NCBI GenBank assembly: GCA_965249135.1 | Contig: OZ252220.1 | Span: 1,792,001-1,856,000, forward strand | Length of the DNA stretch: 64,000 nucleotides | Source of the DNA: Alphaproteobacteria bacterium | Lineage (GTDB): Bacteria; Pseudomonadota; Alphaproteobacteria; GCA-2746255 | Direction of reading: 5' to 3' | In this document: positions 18,374-27,970 of the stretch, piece after piece | Numbering within the stretch: the stretch's first letter is position 1 | Layout of the letters: every line of letters begins with the position of its first letter | Translations under genes and position numbers: made by a program | Notes under the pieces: model-generated | What the model saw: the letters and a program-made list of their open reading frames with translations, nothing else | The model's database searches: none | What the model was told of the DNA's origin: nothing

Positions 18374-19244
18374 TGGGCTGTCGTGGCGTCGAGCTGCGTG
18401 TAGATGGCGTATGTCTGGAATAGCAGCGGCATTCAAGCGCCATCCGGGGCTTACGCTTGCGCTGGTTGCCCATACACTCGGCCGCAACCTCCGCCTGAAA
18501 CTGTTCGAGCGGGCGCTCCGTTCGAAAGTCTGGCGCGACTCTGTCCGCTCGGTGCGGCGGGAAGGCTACGCCATCGTCCCGGGCTACCTGACAGGTGAAG
18601 AGATCGCGTTCCTGCAAGACGTGTGTGACAGGTCGGCAGAGGGAATCGATGGCCTGAACGGCGATCCGTATCTCATCGCTATGGCGCCGGGATCGCTGCG
18701 GTTGCGCCATATGGAAAGCCGCCATCCGGAGATGGATTATTTCCGGCGGCACATTAAGATCGCCATACTGTCGGCCTGTCTGCACGGCCGGCTGCATTGG
18801 CCGTCGGTGCAGTACTCGGCGACCTATGATGGCCGGAGCAATCCGAGTTTTGTTTCGGGGCGGGCCGAGGTGCCTTTCGGTGGGGCCTGTCATCTGGATC
18901 AGTGGCACCATCAGTTAAAAGCGATCTTCCTGCTGGATGACATGAGCCAGGAGAACGGACCCCTGATGCTCTACCCGGGGACATGGCGGCCCCAATGGTC
19001 CGGGATCGACGTCTACCGGCTCAAGAAGTGGAACAAGCTGCATGACGGTTCACCACCAGCCGATCTGTCGCACCTCCGCGACGATAATTTCCCCCCGGAA
19101 GTCTGCGCGACGGTGGAACAACGGGGCGCGCCGTTTCCGATGACGGGAAAAGCAGGCGACCTTGTCCTGCTCGACACGCGAACGCTGCATTTTGCAAGAA
19201 AAATCGAGACGGGGCGGCGGCGGTTGCTATGGTTTTATTTCTGA
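18339..19244 (+). CDS. PhyH-like 2OG-Fe(II) dioxygenase (start uncertain)
   Basis: EGYAIVPG, CHLD, ENGPL..YPGT, GKAGDLVLLDTRTLH, RR. Confidence 0.78.
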   Translation: MPGRRSVTERLDGLSWRRAACRWRMSGIAAAFKRHPGLTLALVAHTLGRNLRLKLFERALRSKVWRDSVRSVRREGYAIVPGYLTGEEIAFLQDVCDRSAEGIDGLNGDPYLIAMAPGSLRLRHMESRHPEMDYFRRHIKIAILSACLHGRLHWPSVQYSATYDGRSNPSFVSGRAEVPFGGACHLDQWHHQLKAIFLLDDMSQENGPLMLYPGTWRPQWSGIDVYRLKKWNKLHDGSPPADLSHLRDDNFPPEVCATVEQRGAPFPMTGKAGDLVLLDTRTLHFARKIETGRRRLLWFYF

Positions 19245-19324
19245 TCGTAACCGGGGCGTGGCGGTTTCATGACTGCCGTTTCGTGGCACCGGTCTCAAAT
19301 GGTTCTGAAGAGGTCTAGTCCGGC

Positions 19325-20170
19325 GTGAAGAGTGAATTTCCGTTTTATTCTCTGAAACAGCGCGTCAGTGCCGGGGGGTACGTCACGCTGAAGGCGCGCT
19401 ATGACAGACGCCGTAAAATCCTCGACTTCGTCGCATGGGTGCGAAGCTTGCGGCGCGTGCGCGCCTTGGTTCCTGTCGATCCGCCCTTCGACCAGACGCC
19501 CGCGTTCCTCGATTATTTGGAATTGGATCAGGAGCGCGCACATCAGTTGGCAGAGGCGACCTGCACGAAGAACGACATTCGCTACTCGCGGCTTTATTCC
19601 AGCAGCCACTTCCTCGCTTTTGCGGCCCTGGCAGCGAGTGGCTTCACGCCGCGTAACATTCTGGAAATTGGAACGGGCAGCGGTCAAACAACGCGCGTTC
19701 TTGCCGATCTTTTTCCGGATGCGCACGTGCATACGGTAGAACTTCCGTTGTCCGATCCGATCTATGGCGAAAATGCGGGCCGCTTTGACCAGGATCGGCG
19801 CAATCAGTTTCTCGAACTGCCGCGCATCACGGCGCACAGTCAAAATTCAGCCTTCCTGTTCGACGCCGATCTTCCGGATTTCGATCTGATCTGGCTGGAT
19901 GGCGGCCATGTATTTCCGGAAGTCGCGTGGGACCACTTCTATTGCCTTTCGAAGTTGCAGCCCGGCGGTTGGATTTTCACCGATGACATTCGCTTCCCCG
20001 ACAATCCGCTGTACAAGGTCTACGAAGGGAGTACCGATGCGTATGAAACGCTTGCCTATTACGCCAGGCGCACGGCGCATCGCTTCTTTTTACTGATAAA
20101 GCGTACCGATCTGCATCGCAACCTGTTTGATCCGAAATACGTCGGTGCGATCCACAAGGCTGCCACCTAG
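19325..20170 (+). CDS. Class I SAM-dependent methyltransferase (Methyltransf_24-like)
   Basis: ILEIGTGSG, FDLIWLDGGH, PGGWIFTDD. Confidence 0.82.
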   Translation: MKSEFPFYSLKQRVSAGGYVTLKARYDRRRKILDFVAWVRSLRRVRALVPVDPPFDQTPAFLDYLELDQERAHQLAEATCTKNDIRYSRLYSSSHFLAFAALAASGFTPRNILEIGTGSGQTTRVLADLFPDAHVHTVELPLSDPIYGENAGRFDQDRRNQFLELPRITAHSQNSAFLFDADLPDFDLIWLDGGHVFPEVAWDHFYCLSKLQPGGWIFTDDIRFPDNPLYKVYEGSTDAYETLAYYARRTAHRFFLLIKRTDLHRNLFDPKYVGAIHKAAT

Positions 20171-20220
20171 GGGTCATTTCCGGGCCTTGCTGAAGTGCGC
20201 CCGCCGCCGGTCCACGCATC

Positions 20221-21766
20221 ATGCTGTTTAATTCGTATCCGTTCCTGATCGTCTTCTTACCCGTCGTCCTCATGGCAACGTATTTTGCCGGACGCAGCCG
20301 TGGCCGAGAGACACTGGTCGATGTGGGGGTCCTAGCGTCCCTGGTTTTCTACGCTTGGTGGGATGTTCGCTTGCTGCCGCTGCTAGTCGGCTCGATAGTC
20401 GCGAATTACTGGTTCGCCAGCGCTTTCTCCCGAAGCGACAGTCCTTGGCTGTTTCGAATCGGGATTGCTACCAACCTTGCGGTTCTTTTCCTGTTCAAAT
20501 ACGCGGTCTTTTTCTCCGATGAGGTCATCGGCCGGCCAGGCTTCTTTTTCGGACTGGAAACAATCGTGCTGCCGCTCGCCATCTCCTTCTTCACCTTCCA
20601 GCAGATCGCATTTCTGTGCGACGTCCGTGCGGGAACGGTACGCGTTCCGAACTTCCGCGACTACGCGCTCTTCGTCTCCTTCTTTCTTTCCGCAACTGAT
20701 CGCCGGCCCAATCGTGCGCCTGAACGAATTCCTTCCCCAGCTCGACCTTCGGCGATTCAGAATCAATGCGAACAATCTTGCTGTCGGGCTGGCCATATTT
20801 TCGATCGGGCTTTGCAAGAAAACGCTTTTGGCGGACCATTTCGCGATCGTGGCAAACGACGTGTTTGACGCTGTGGAGCGTGGTGAGGTGGTGTCGGTGA
20901 TCGCCGCATGGGGCGGTACGTTGGCATTTTCCCTGCAGATCTATTTCGATTTCTCCGGTTATTCGGACATGGCAATAGGGTTGGGCCGAATGTTCGGCAT
21001 CCGGCTACCGGAAAATTTCCGCTCGCCCTACAAGGCGGCAAGCTTCATCGAGTTCTGGCGACGCTGGCACATTACCTTGTCACGTTTCTTTCGCGACTAT
21101 CTTTACAAGCCGCTGGGCGGCAATCGCAGCGGCCTTACCCGGCAATGCATCAATCTGATGACCGTGATGGTGTTGGGCGGCCTCTGGCATGGGGCCGGAT
21201 GGACCTTCATGATCTGGGGAGCCATCCACGGCGTCGGCCTGACCCTCAACCACATTTTGAACTGGCTACGGCGCAGCTTCGGTATGAACAGGCCCATGCA
21301 ACACATTGCATGGGTCGCCTGCGGCTGGATCGCCGTACAGACATTCGTCTTAATCGCGTGGGTGTTCTTTCGGGCGCAAAGCTTCGATGGCGCAACGAAC
21401 CTACTCGCCGCAATGTTTAGTTTGAACAATGCGTTGCTAATTCCGAGCGAGCTGCTGGTTTTTCCAGGCTTTGCGGCCGCGCTCGGTACCGCTGCGGTGC
21501 CGATGGCGGAGATTCCACATTTCCACGGATGGGTCGAGCTGGCGTTGTTGGCTGCCGGGCTCCTCATCGTCTTTGGTCTGCCGAACACCGCTCAGATCAT
21601 GCAGCGTTATAATTCCGTTATCTTGGTCAAACACCTGCCCCACCTCGTGCGGGCACGCTTCAGCTGGCGGCCGTCTCCGCTCTGGGCGATGGCCACCGCC
21701 TCGCTGTTCGTCGTTGGCCTCCTCGGAATGTCACGCGTCAATGAGTTTATCTATTTCCAGTTCTAA
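20221..21766 (+). pseudogene. AlgI/DltB-type MBOAT O-acyltransferase, frameshifted near 20686
   Basis: The N-terminal half (MLFNS, LPLAISFFTFQQI) and the C-terminal half (FPQLIAGPI, YFDFSGYSDMA, FWRRWHITLS, GLWHGA, EFIYFQF*) are in different frames. Removing one CTTT of CTTTCTTT (20682-20689) restores FVSFFPQLIAGPI. Confidence 0.85.
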
Positions 21767-22787
21767 AGCTTCCAGTTCTAATTCCAGTTCTAAAGCTTCC
21801 AGTTCTAAAGCGCGCGCCTTCGGGCGATGGACCAGTGTCCGATTTTTGGCGCTCTGGTTGGCCGGCGTGGCCGCCTCGCTATTGGCGATAGGCACGTTTA
21901 ATGCATGGGTTGATCCGCTTGGGCGGCTCGGTCACAACACTTTGGGCATCTATCATTCGGCGGAGTTCGAATACAAGGTAGCGCAGCTGCCGACTGCGGT
22001 ATTTGACGGTATTCTCATCGGATCCAGCAAGATCGCGAACATAGATCCCGAATGGATTCCTCAGGCAAGGCTGTTCAATGCCGCCTTTAGTGGCGCGCTT
22101 CCCGAGGAGATACTCCTATTCCTGCGTGCGAACGTGGTGCATCTAAGGGAAAAATTCGTCGTGATTGGCCTCGACTTCTTCATGTTCAATAAAAGAACCA
22201 AGTCGATACGGGGAGATACTCTTATCTCTCCATCGGCGACGGGTGTCCTTACCTACCTTCTTTCCATGCGCAGCACCTACTTTTCGCTACAGACTTTGCT
22301 GAAACATGAGCGAGGCGAGAGGGCGCGGATAAAGGTGAATGGTGCCCGGTACATTGATGATCTAATCGAGGAAGATCAGGCTCTGACAGCACCCGATTAC
22401 GGAAATAAAATAAAAGACATCCTACGTTCCCTTTATGATCGGTACGATTTCTCGTACCGCCGGGTCGGCCTGATGCGGGAGTTGCGGCAGCTCATGGAAG
22501 GCCACGGGATAGCCTACGCGGTGATGCTGAACCCGCAGAACGACTCATTGATAGCCGCCGTTCGCCGTGCCGGTCTAGGCGATGCATTCGACACCTACCG
22601 ACGCGAACTAAAGTCAGCCTTTCCCGACCTTGTCGATCTTTCCCAGAACGAATTGAGCGCGCCCGAGCATTTCTTCTATCAGTCCGCGTTCTATTTCCGG
22701 CCGGCGGTCATGCGCAATATGGTGAGCCGGGCGCTGCAGGCGATGGGTGATCGCCGTCAAGGGCGTGCGGTGGAAGAGGGAAGGTAA
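21741..22787 (+). CDS. MBOAT-associated membrane-anchored SGNH/AlgJ/DltD-like protein
   Basis: ATG at 21741 overlaps the MBOAT 3' end; TM segment followed by VDPLG, IGSSK, VIGLDFFMF. Confidence 0.65.
   Translation: MSLSISSSKASSSNSSSKASSSKARAFGRWTSVRFLALWLAGVAASLLAIGTFNAWVDPLGRLGHNTLGIYHSAEFEYKVAQLPTAVFDGILIGSSKIANIDPEWIPQARLFNAAFSGALPEEILLFLRANVVHLREKFVVIGLDFFMFNKRTKSIRGDTLISPSATGVLTYLLSMRSTYFSLQTLLKHERGERARIKVNGARYIDDLIEEDQALTAPDYGNKIKDILRSLYDRYDFSYRRVGLMRELRQLMEGHGIAYAVMLNPQNDSLIAAVRRAGLGDAFDTYRRELKSAFPDLVDLSQNELSAPEHFFYQSAFYFRPAVMRNMVSRALQAMGDRRQGRAVEEGR
21755..21811 (+). repeat. Tandem repeat: four copies of TTCCAGTTCTAA, three followed by AGC
   Basis: Copies at 21755, 21770, 21782 and 21797, equivalent to a 27-bp unit twice plus AGC. 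Confidence 0.95.
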
Positions 22788-22790
22788 CAG

Positions 22791-24575
22791 GTGCAATCTC
22801 CACGCAAGTACGAGATCATCGCCGAGATCGCTAACGCGCATCAGGGCGATCCGGAAACGGCCGCGAAGATGACTGCGGCTTTTGCAGAGGCCGGGGCGGA
22901 TGCGGTGAAATTCCAAATTTATTTTGCCGACGAACTGTTGACCCCAGACCATTCCCGATATGACCATTTCAAGCGCCAGTCGTTCTCGTCAGAAATTTGG
23001 GCCGATCTCCTGCCGCGCGCCAGGGCCTGCAATGTCCGGGTCTATTGCGATGTGTTCGGGATCGAGGCGCTCGCGGTCGCGGCCCGGCACGGCGCCGATG
23101 GCTTCAAGCTGCATGCGTCCGATCTTTCGAATGATCCACTGCTCGACGCGGTCGCCGACACGCCTGGCCGTGTGTTTCTGTCCACGGGCGGCGCGACCAT
23201 TCGTGAAATTGTCCGTTCCGTCGAACGGATGCTGGCTGCCGGGAAGCGCCCTGTCCTGCTGCACGGCTTCCAGGCCTATCCCACGCGTATCGAAGACTCA
23301 TGCCTTGGCCGCCTGGCGTGGCTGTACGAAATATTCGGCGACGATTGCGATCTTGGCTATGCCGACCACGTCGACGGTAACGATCCATTTTCCCGATCGC
23401 TGCCGCTGTTCGCCATGGGCCTTGGCGCCACGGTTATCGAAAAGCACGTGACCTTCGACCGGGCCGCCAAGAACGTAGACTATTTCTCCTCCATCGAGCC
23501 GGAGGAATTTTGCAACTTTGTGGACCATGTCCGAAAATGCGAGCTGGCGCTGGGCGATCGTCCGAGCGACATGTCGGAGGCCGAACGGGACTATCGGCAT
23601 GCAGTTAAGAAGCATTGGGTGGCGGTGCGTGACCTAAAAGTCGGCACCGTTCTGGCTGCCGGGGACCTGGTTATGAAGCGGGTGGAGGATGCGCCGGGCG
23701 ATCCATTGCCGCGTGAGCAACTCGTCGGGCGGCGTCTTAAGCAGGACGTTCCGGAAGATGCCAGGGTATCGCGCACGATGGTCGAAACGACGGTATGGGC
23801 CCTGCCGGTGGCGCGTTCCAAATCATCCAGGCTGCCCGGAAAGGCGTTGATCGGGATCGCCGGTCGGCCGGCCTTGGCGCATCTTTTCGAACGTCTCAAG
23901 CAGTGCGCGATGGTCGACCGCGTTGTCTTTTGCACGACCACGGACACGGACGACGACGCGCTTTGCGCGCTCGCCGTAGATGCCGGCATCGATGTTCATC
24001 GCGGGGCAAGCGACGACGTGTTATCCCGCATGGTCGGTGCGATGGGATCGGAACGAGTCGATGTGGTCTTGCGCGTAACCGGGGATGATATCCTGATGGA
24101 TCCGGACTATGTCGAACGTGGCGTAAAGCATCATCTTGCGTCCAATGCGGAATACACCGATCTCAAGGCATTGCCCTCAGGCACCGAAGTTGAAGTTTTC
24201 GACGGCGCGCTGCTGCGCGAACTTCTAGAGGCGGCGCGGGATAGCTCCGGCACCGAATACCTGACCAACTACATCACCGAGAACAAATCGCATTTCCGAT
24301 GCAGTAGTCTGCCCGTGGCTAATCGCCATGCGCATGACTGGCGCCTGACCCTCGATACGCCGGAAGACCTGGATTTGATCAATGGGCTTCTTGAACATAT
24401 GGCGGCAGTCGGCAAGGCTACGACCTACCGTCTCGATGACATCGTCGACTACTTTACGCGATATCCAGAGCGCCTCGAAGTCAATGCCGGCGTCCGCCAA
24501 AGAGCCAAGCCGATTACGGTGGAGACCGCGATGCGGTGGAACCGGCGCCCAACACCTGCCGGCGCAGACGAATGA
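22791..24575 (+). CDS. Fusion: NeuB-type synthase + SAF + SpsF/KdsB-like cytidylyltransferase
   Basis: AEIANAHQG, AVKFQ, GYADH, IEKHVT; then ARSKSSRLPGK, RVTGD, RLTLDTPED. Confidence 0.9.
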   Translation: MQSPRKYEIIAEIANAHQGDPETAAKMTAAFAEAGADAVKFQIYFADELLTPDHSRYDHFKRQSFSSEIWADLLPRARACNVRVYCDVFGIEALAVAARHGADGFKLHASDLSNDPLLDAVADTPGRVFLSTGGATIREIVRSVERMLAAGKRPVLLHGFQAYPTRIEDSCLGRLAWLYEIFGDDCDLGYADHVDGNDPFSRSLPLFAMGLGATVIEKHVTFDRAAKNVDYFSSIEPEEFCNFVDHVRKCELALGDRPSDMSEAERDYRHAVKKHWVAVRDLKVGTVLAAGDLVMKRVEDAPGDPLPREQLVGRRLKQDVPEDARVSRTMVETTVWALPVARSKSSRLPGKALIGIAGRPALAHLFERLKQCAMVDRVVFCTTTDTDDDALCALAVDAGIDVHRGASDDVLSRMVGAMGSERVDVVLRVTGDDILMDPDYVERGVKHHLASNAEYTDLKALPSGTEVEVFDGALLRELLEAARDSSGTEYLTNYITENKSHFRCSSLPVANRHAHDWRLTLDTPEDLDLINGLLEHMAAVGKATTYRLDDIVDYFTRYPERLEVNAGVRQRAKPITVETAMRWNRRPTPAGADE

Positions 24576-24638
24576 GCACCCGGTGCAGCCAAGACCTCAG
24601 GAACCCATGACAGACCTATCAGCCCGACCGAATTTCCG

Positions 24639-26048
24639 ATGACGGAAGCCAAGCCAAAAATCACCGTCTACATAACGAACCACAACTACGAGCGGTACGT
24701 CGCACAAGCGATCGAAAGCATCCTCGCCCAGACGACCGGCGATTGGGAGCTGATCATCATCGACGACGGGTCGAGCGATGGCTCCCGCACTATTATCGAG
24801 GGGTTTCGCGATCACCCCAAGATCCGGCTGGTGTTCCAGGAACAAAAGGGACTCAACGTCACCAACAACATCGCCTACCGGCTTGCGAGGGGCGACTATC
24901 TGATGCGCTTGGATGCCGACGACTTCATTGCGCCCGAGGCACTCGCGACCATGAGCGGTGTGCTCGACCGTGAGCCGAATGTAGGGCTCGTATTTCCCGA
25001 CTACTACCATGTCGACGAGGATGGCGAGATCATCGAGCAGGTGCGCCGCCATGACTTCGAGGAAGTGGGGCTCCTGGACCAGCCAGCCCACGGCGCGTGC
25101 ACGATGATTCGCAAGTCGTGCCTCGACGTCATCGGCGGCTATGACGAAGCTTTTACCTGTCAGGACGGCGTCGATATGTGGCTGCGTTTCATCGAGCATT
25201 TCGACGTTCGCAACATCAACCTTCCGCTCTTTTATTACCGGCGGCACGGCAACAATCTGACGCAGGACGAGGGTAAGCTGCTGCGAACCCGCTCGCAGAT
25301 TTTCGCCAAACGGGCGGAGACACGAGCGCGGAACCGAACGGTGTTGGGGGTCATCCCTGTTCGCGGCCGTTCCGTGGATCCCCGATCGGTGGAAATGGAG
25401 CTGCTCGACGGCAAGCCGTTGATCGAGTGGACCATCGATGCCGCACTTGCTGCATCGAGCCTGTCCCGGATCGTGGTGACGTCGCCGGACGAGGCAGTCC
25501 TGACGCATGTCCGGCAGCGCTATCCCGACGGCAAGGTTATAACCCTTGCCCGCGCCCCTTCACTGGCCAGCCTCAACACTGGAATCGAGGAAACGGTGCG
25601 CGATGCCGTGCAGCACATGAGCAATCCAGCCCAGCCTTTCGATTACGTCGTGACCCTGATGATCGAATCGCCGTTCCGCCAGGGTTTGGAAATTGACATG
25701 GCGGTCGATGTGCTCACGGTCTTCGATCTCGACAGCGCGGTTAGCGTACGCCCGGAACTCGATATCTTTTACCAGCACCACGGCGATGGTCTGATGCCCG
25801 TTCGCCGGACGCCGCAATTGCGGCTTGAGCGGGAAGAACTTTACCGGGAGGCAGGGCAGATCTACGCCACGAGATGCGCCAAGCTGATCGACGGCAGCCG
25901 GTTGGTCGATGGTCGCGTTGGCCATTTCGTGGTCCGCGAGGCATCAGCCTTGCGCCTCACGTCGGGATGGATGTGGCAGATTGCCAAGGCGATTGCGCCT
26001 AGTGTCGCGCACGGCGACCGCCAGGAGCAAGTGGGGATACGGGGCTGA
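24639..26048 (+). CDS. Fusion: GT2 glycosyltransferase + degenerate cytidylyltransferase-like domain
   Basis: [22 protein letters not shown]; C-terminal half VIPVRGRS...[11 protein letters not shown]. Confidence 0.85.
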   Translation: MTEAKPKITVYITNHNYERYVAQAIESILAQTTGDWELIIIDDGSSDGSRTIIEGFRDHPKIRLVFQEQKGLNVTNNIAYRLARGDYLMRLDADDFIAPEALATMSGVLDREPNVGLVFPDYYHVDEDGEIIEQVRRHDFEEVGLLDQPAHGACTMIRKSCLDVIGGYDEAFTCQDGVDMWLRFIEHFDVRNINLPLFYYRRHGNNLTQDEGKLLRTRSQIFAKRAETRARNRTVLGVIPVRGRSVDPRSVEMELLDGKPLIEWTIDAALAASSLSRIVVTSPDEAVLTHVRQRYPDGKVITLARAPSLASLNTGIEETVRDAVQHMSNPAQPFDYVVTLMIESPFRQGLEIDMAVDVLTVFDLDSAVSVRPELDIFYQHHGDGLMPVRRTPQLRLEREELYREAGQIYATRCAKLIDGSRLVDGRVGHFVVREASALRLTSGWMWQIAKAIAPSVAHGDRQEQVGIRG

Positions 26049-26082
26049 TTTTCTCCAACGGATTAAAGAGGGGTTAGACACG

Positions 26083-26772
26083 ATGCTGTTCATCGCGGAA
26101 ATCGGCATGAACCATAATGGCAATTTCGGGTTGCTTTACGAATTGATACGGCGGGCGAAAGACGCCGACGCCGATATCGCCAAATTTCAACTCGGCTGGC
26201 GGTGGGAGGGGGGCGAGATCAACCAGATCACGCCGGACATCATCCGCCAGATCATCAAGATCTCAGATTACTACGGCATCGAGCCGATGTTCTCGCTGAT
26301 CACGCGCGAAGCCTTCGAGATGGCGAAGCCGTTTAACTTTAACCGCTATAAAGTTGCCTCGCGTACCGTGAAGGATGACATTGATCTGGTTCGCGACATC
26401 GTCGCCGAGGGCAGGGAAACTTTCGTCTCGCTGGGCATGTGGGAAGGCAAGGGCATGCCGTTGGAAGCAGGCGCGGACAAGGTGCGCTATCTGTTCTGCA
26501 AGTCGCTCTATCCGACCGCGCCGTGGGAGATCACCGACCTTCCAAAGGACTTCGATACCTCGCCTTACGATGGCTACAGCGACCACACCGTCGGGATTGA
26601 AACAGCCTTGCTGGCCATTGCCCGCGGCGCTCGCGTTATCGAGAAGCACTTCACGCTGGACAAGTCGGACACGACCATCCGTGACCACGCCTTGAGTGCG
26701 ACGCCCGACGAGTTTGGCCAACTCGTTTCGCTGGGGCGGGGCATCCGCCGGTGTCTGGATGTCGGCCAATAG
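26083..26772 (+). CDS. Short NeuB-type synthase lacking the SAF domain
   Basis: [40 protein letters not shown]; GAGGGG RBS upstream of ATG 26083. Confidence 0.88.
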   Translation: MLFIAEIGMNHNGNFGLLYELIRRAKDADADIAKFQLGWRWEGGEINQITPDIIRQIIKISDYYGIEPMFSLITREAFEMAKPFNFNRYKVASRTVKDDIDLVRDIVAEGRETFVSLGMWEGKGMPLEAGADKVRYLFCKSLYPTAPWEITDLPKDFDTSPYDGYSDHTVGIETALLAIARGARVIEKHFTLDKSDTTIRDHALSATPDEFGQLVSLGRGIRRCLDVGQ

Positions 26773-26786
26773 GCGCGCGAAACCGG

Positions 26787-27911
26787 ATGCGGCCGTACCG
26801 TAACGCAGAGGCAAGGCGTTTGAACACTCCGAAACTGATCATTGGCGGATACAGCGCCTCCGGGAAGAGCACGCTTTGTCTGTTGCTCGACGGTCATCCC
26901 CGCCTGCGCGTCTCTTACTTCATGGAGAAGTTCGACCGTGTCCTAACCGCGGGGCTGGATCGAATCCGGCAAGCCTCGGACATGACCGGAGCACGTGGCA
27001 GAAACCTGAAGGCGTTGTTCTGCCTGCAGGCGGTCGATGAAATCTACAACGTGCACTTTATAACCTTCCGAAACTTGTTGGAGCTTCATAGCTATCTCAG
27101 CATTATTGAAGCCGAAAGCCTTGTCGGAGAAACAGACAGCGGGGCAACCGGAAGCGCGATCCACGGCATGTCGTTCAACCTAGATTTCGAGGGGTTTCAA
27201 CGGCTTTGGAAGGAACGCCTATTCCTTACCGACCGCGTCCTCAGCCGTGAGGACGTGCTCGACATTCTCTACGACTGTCTCTTTACGTCTTTTCGCGACG
27301 TAGACTGGTCCCATAGCGATGAGACCATGAATGTCTTCTGCATCGAAAACAGCCTCGCCCCGATCGAACTCGCACTCGCGGACGACTTCGATGCGAAGTT
27401 CATCATCATGCGCCGTCCGCTCAAGGATATGTACGCGGCATTTGTGGAACGAATATCCTACACGAACGGACTTTCCAACATGCGCGAAGCCGAGGTGAGA
27501 TCCAGGGAGCACTGGTTCCGGCATCCGCGCCTGCGGATTGACCGCAGGATCGACGAGCTGGCTGCTCGTCATCCGGATCGTTTCATGATCCTGGATATCG
27601 CAGACGTTGTCGTCGACTACCGGAAAACGATTCCGAAAATCGCCGATTTCATCGGCATCGAGATGGACTCGATCCTGTTGCGTCCGACTTTTCACGGCCG
27701 CGAATTCCCCGAAAGCGCGGAGTATCTCGGCAAGGTTCAAGACGCTGAAAAGAAGGATCTGATCAGCACCCTATCGCAAGCCGTTTTCGAACTGCAGTAC
27801 CGCGAGGCGACCATCGGTGAGGCGCTTGCCTGTGGTCATCTTCCGGCGGGGCTGGAATATACGCGCCTGAAACTCAAACGAGCCCGCTGGGGACGCTTCC
27901 TTCCCATATAG
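26787..27911 (+). CDS. Sulfotransferase-family protein (P-loop-like)
   Basis: GGYSASGKSTLCLLLDGHP (5'-PSB-like), AKFIIMRRP (3'-PB-like), IADFIGI; start uncertain. Confidence 0.65.
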   Translation: MRPYRNAEARRLNTPKLIIGGYSASGKSTLCLLLDGHPRLRVSYFMEKFDRVLTAGLDRIRQASDMTGARGRNLKALFCLQAVDEIYNVHFITFRNLLELHSYLSIIEAESLVGETDSGATGSAIHGMSFNLDFEGFQRLWKERLFLTDRVLSREDVLDILYDCLFTSFRDVDWSHSDETMNVFCIENSLAPIELALADDFDAKFIIMRRPLKDMYAAFVERISYTNGLSNMREAEVRSREHWFRHPRLRIDRRIDELAARHPDRFMILDIADVVVDYRKTIPKIADFIGIEMDSILLRPTFHGREFPESAEYLGKVQDAEKKDLISTLSQAVFELQYREATIGEALACGHLPAGLEYTRLKLKRARWGRFLPI

Positions 27912-27970
27912 CGAAGGTTCAATGATATGCAGACCGACGCCACTTACCTCCGCGGTGCAGCATAATTCGG

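Noticed and set aside
21471-21740. N-terminal 90 aa of ORF 21471-22787
   Set aside because: Overlaps the MBOAT coding frame; ATG 21741 is the more plausible start
21755-21811. Possible CRISPR array
   Set aside because: Units are 12-15 bp with no unique spacers, and there are no cas genes
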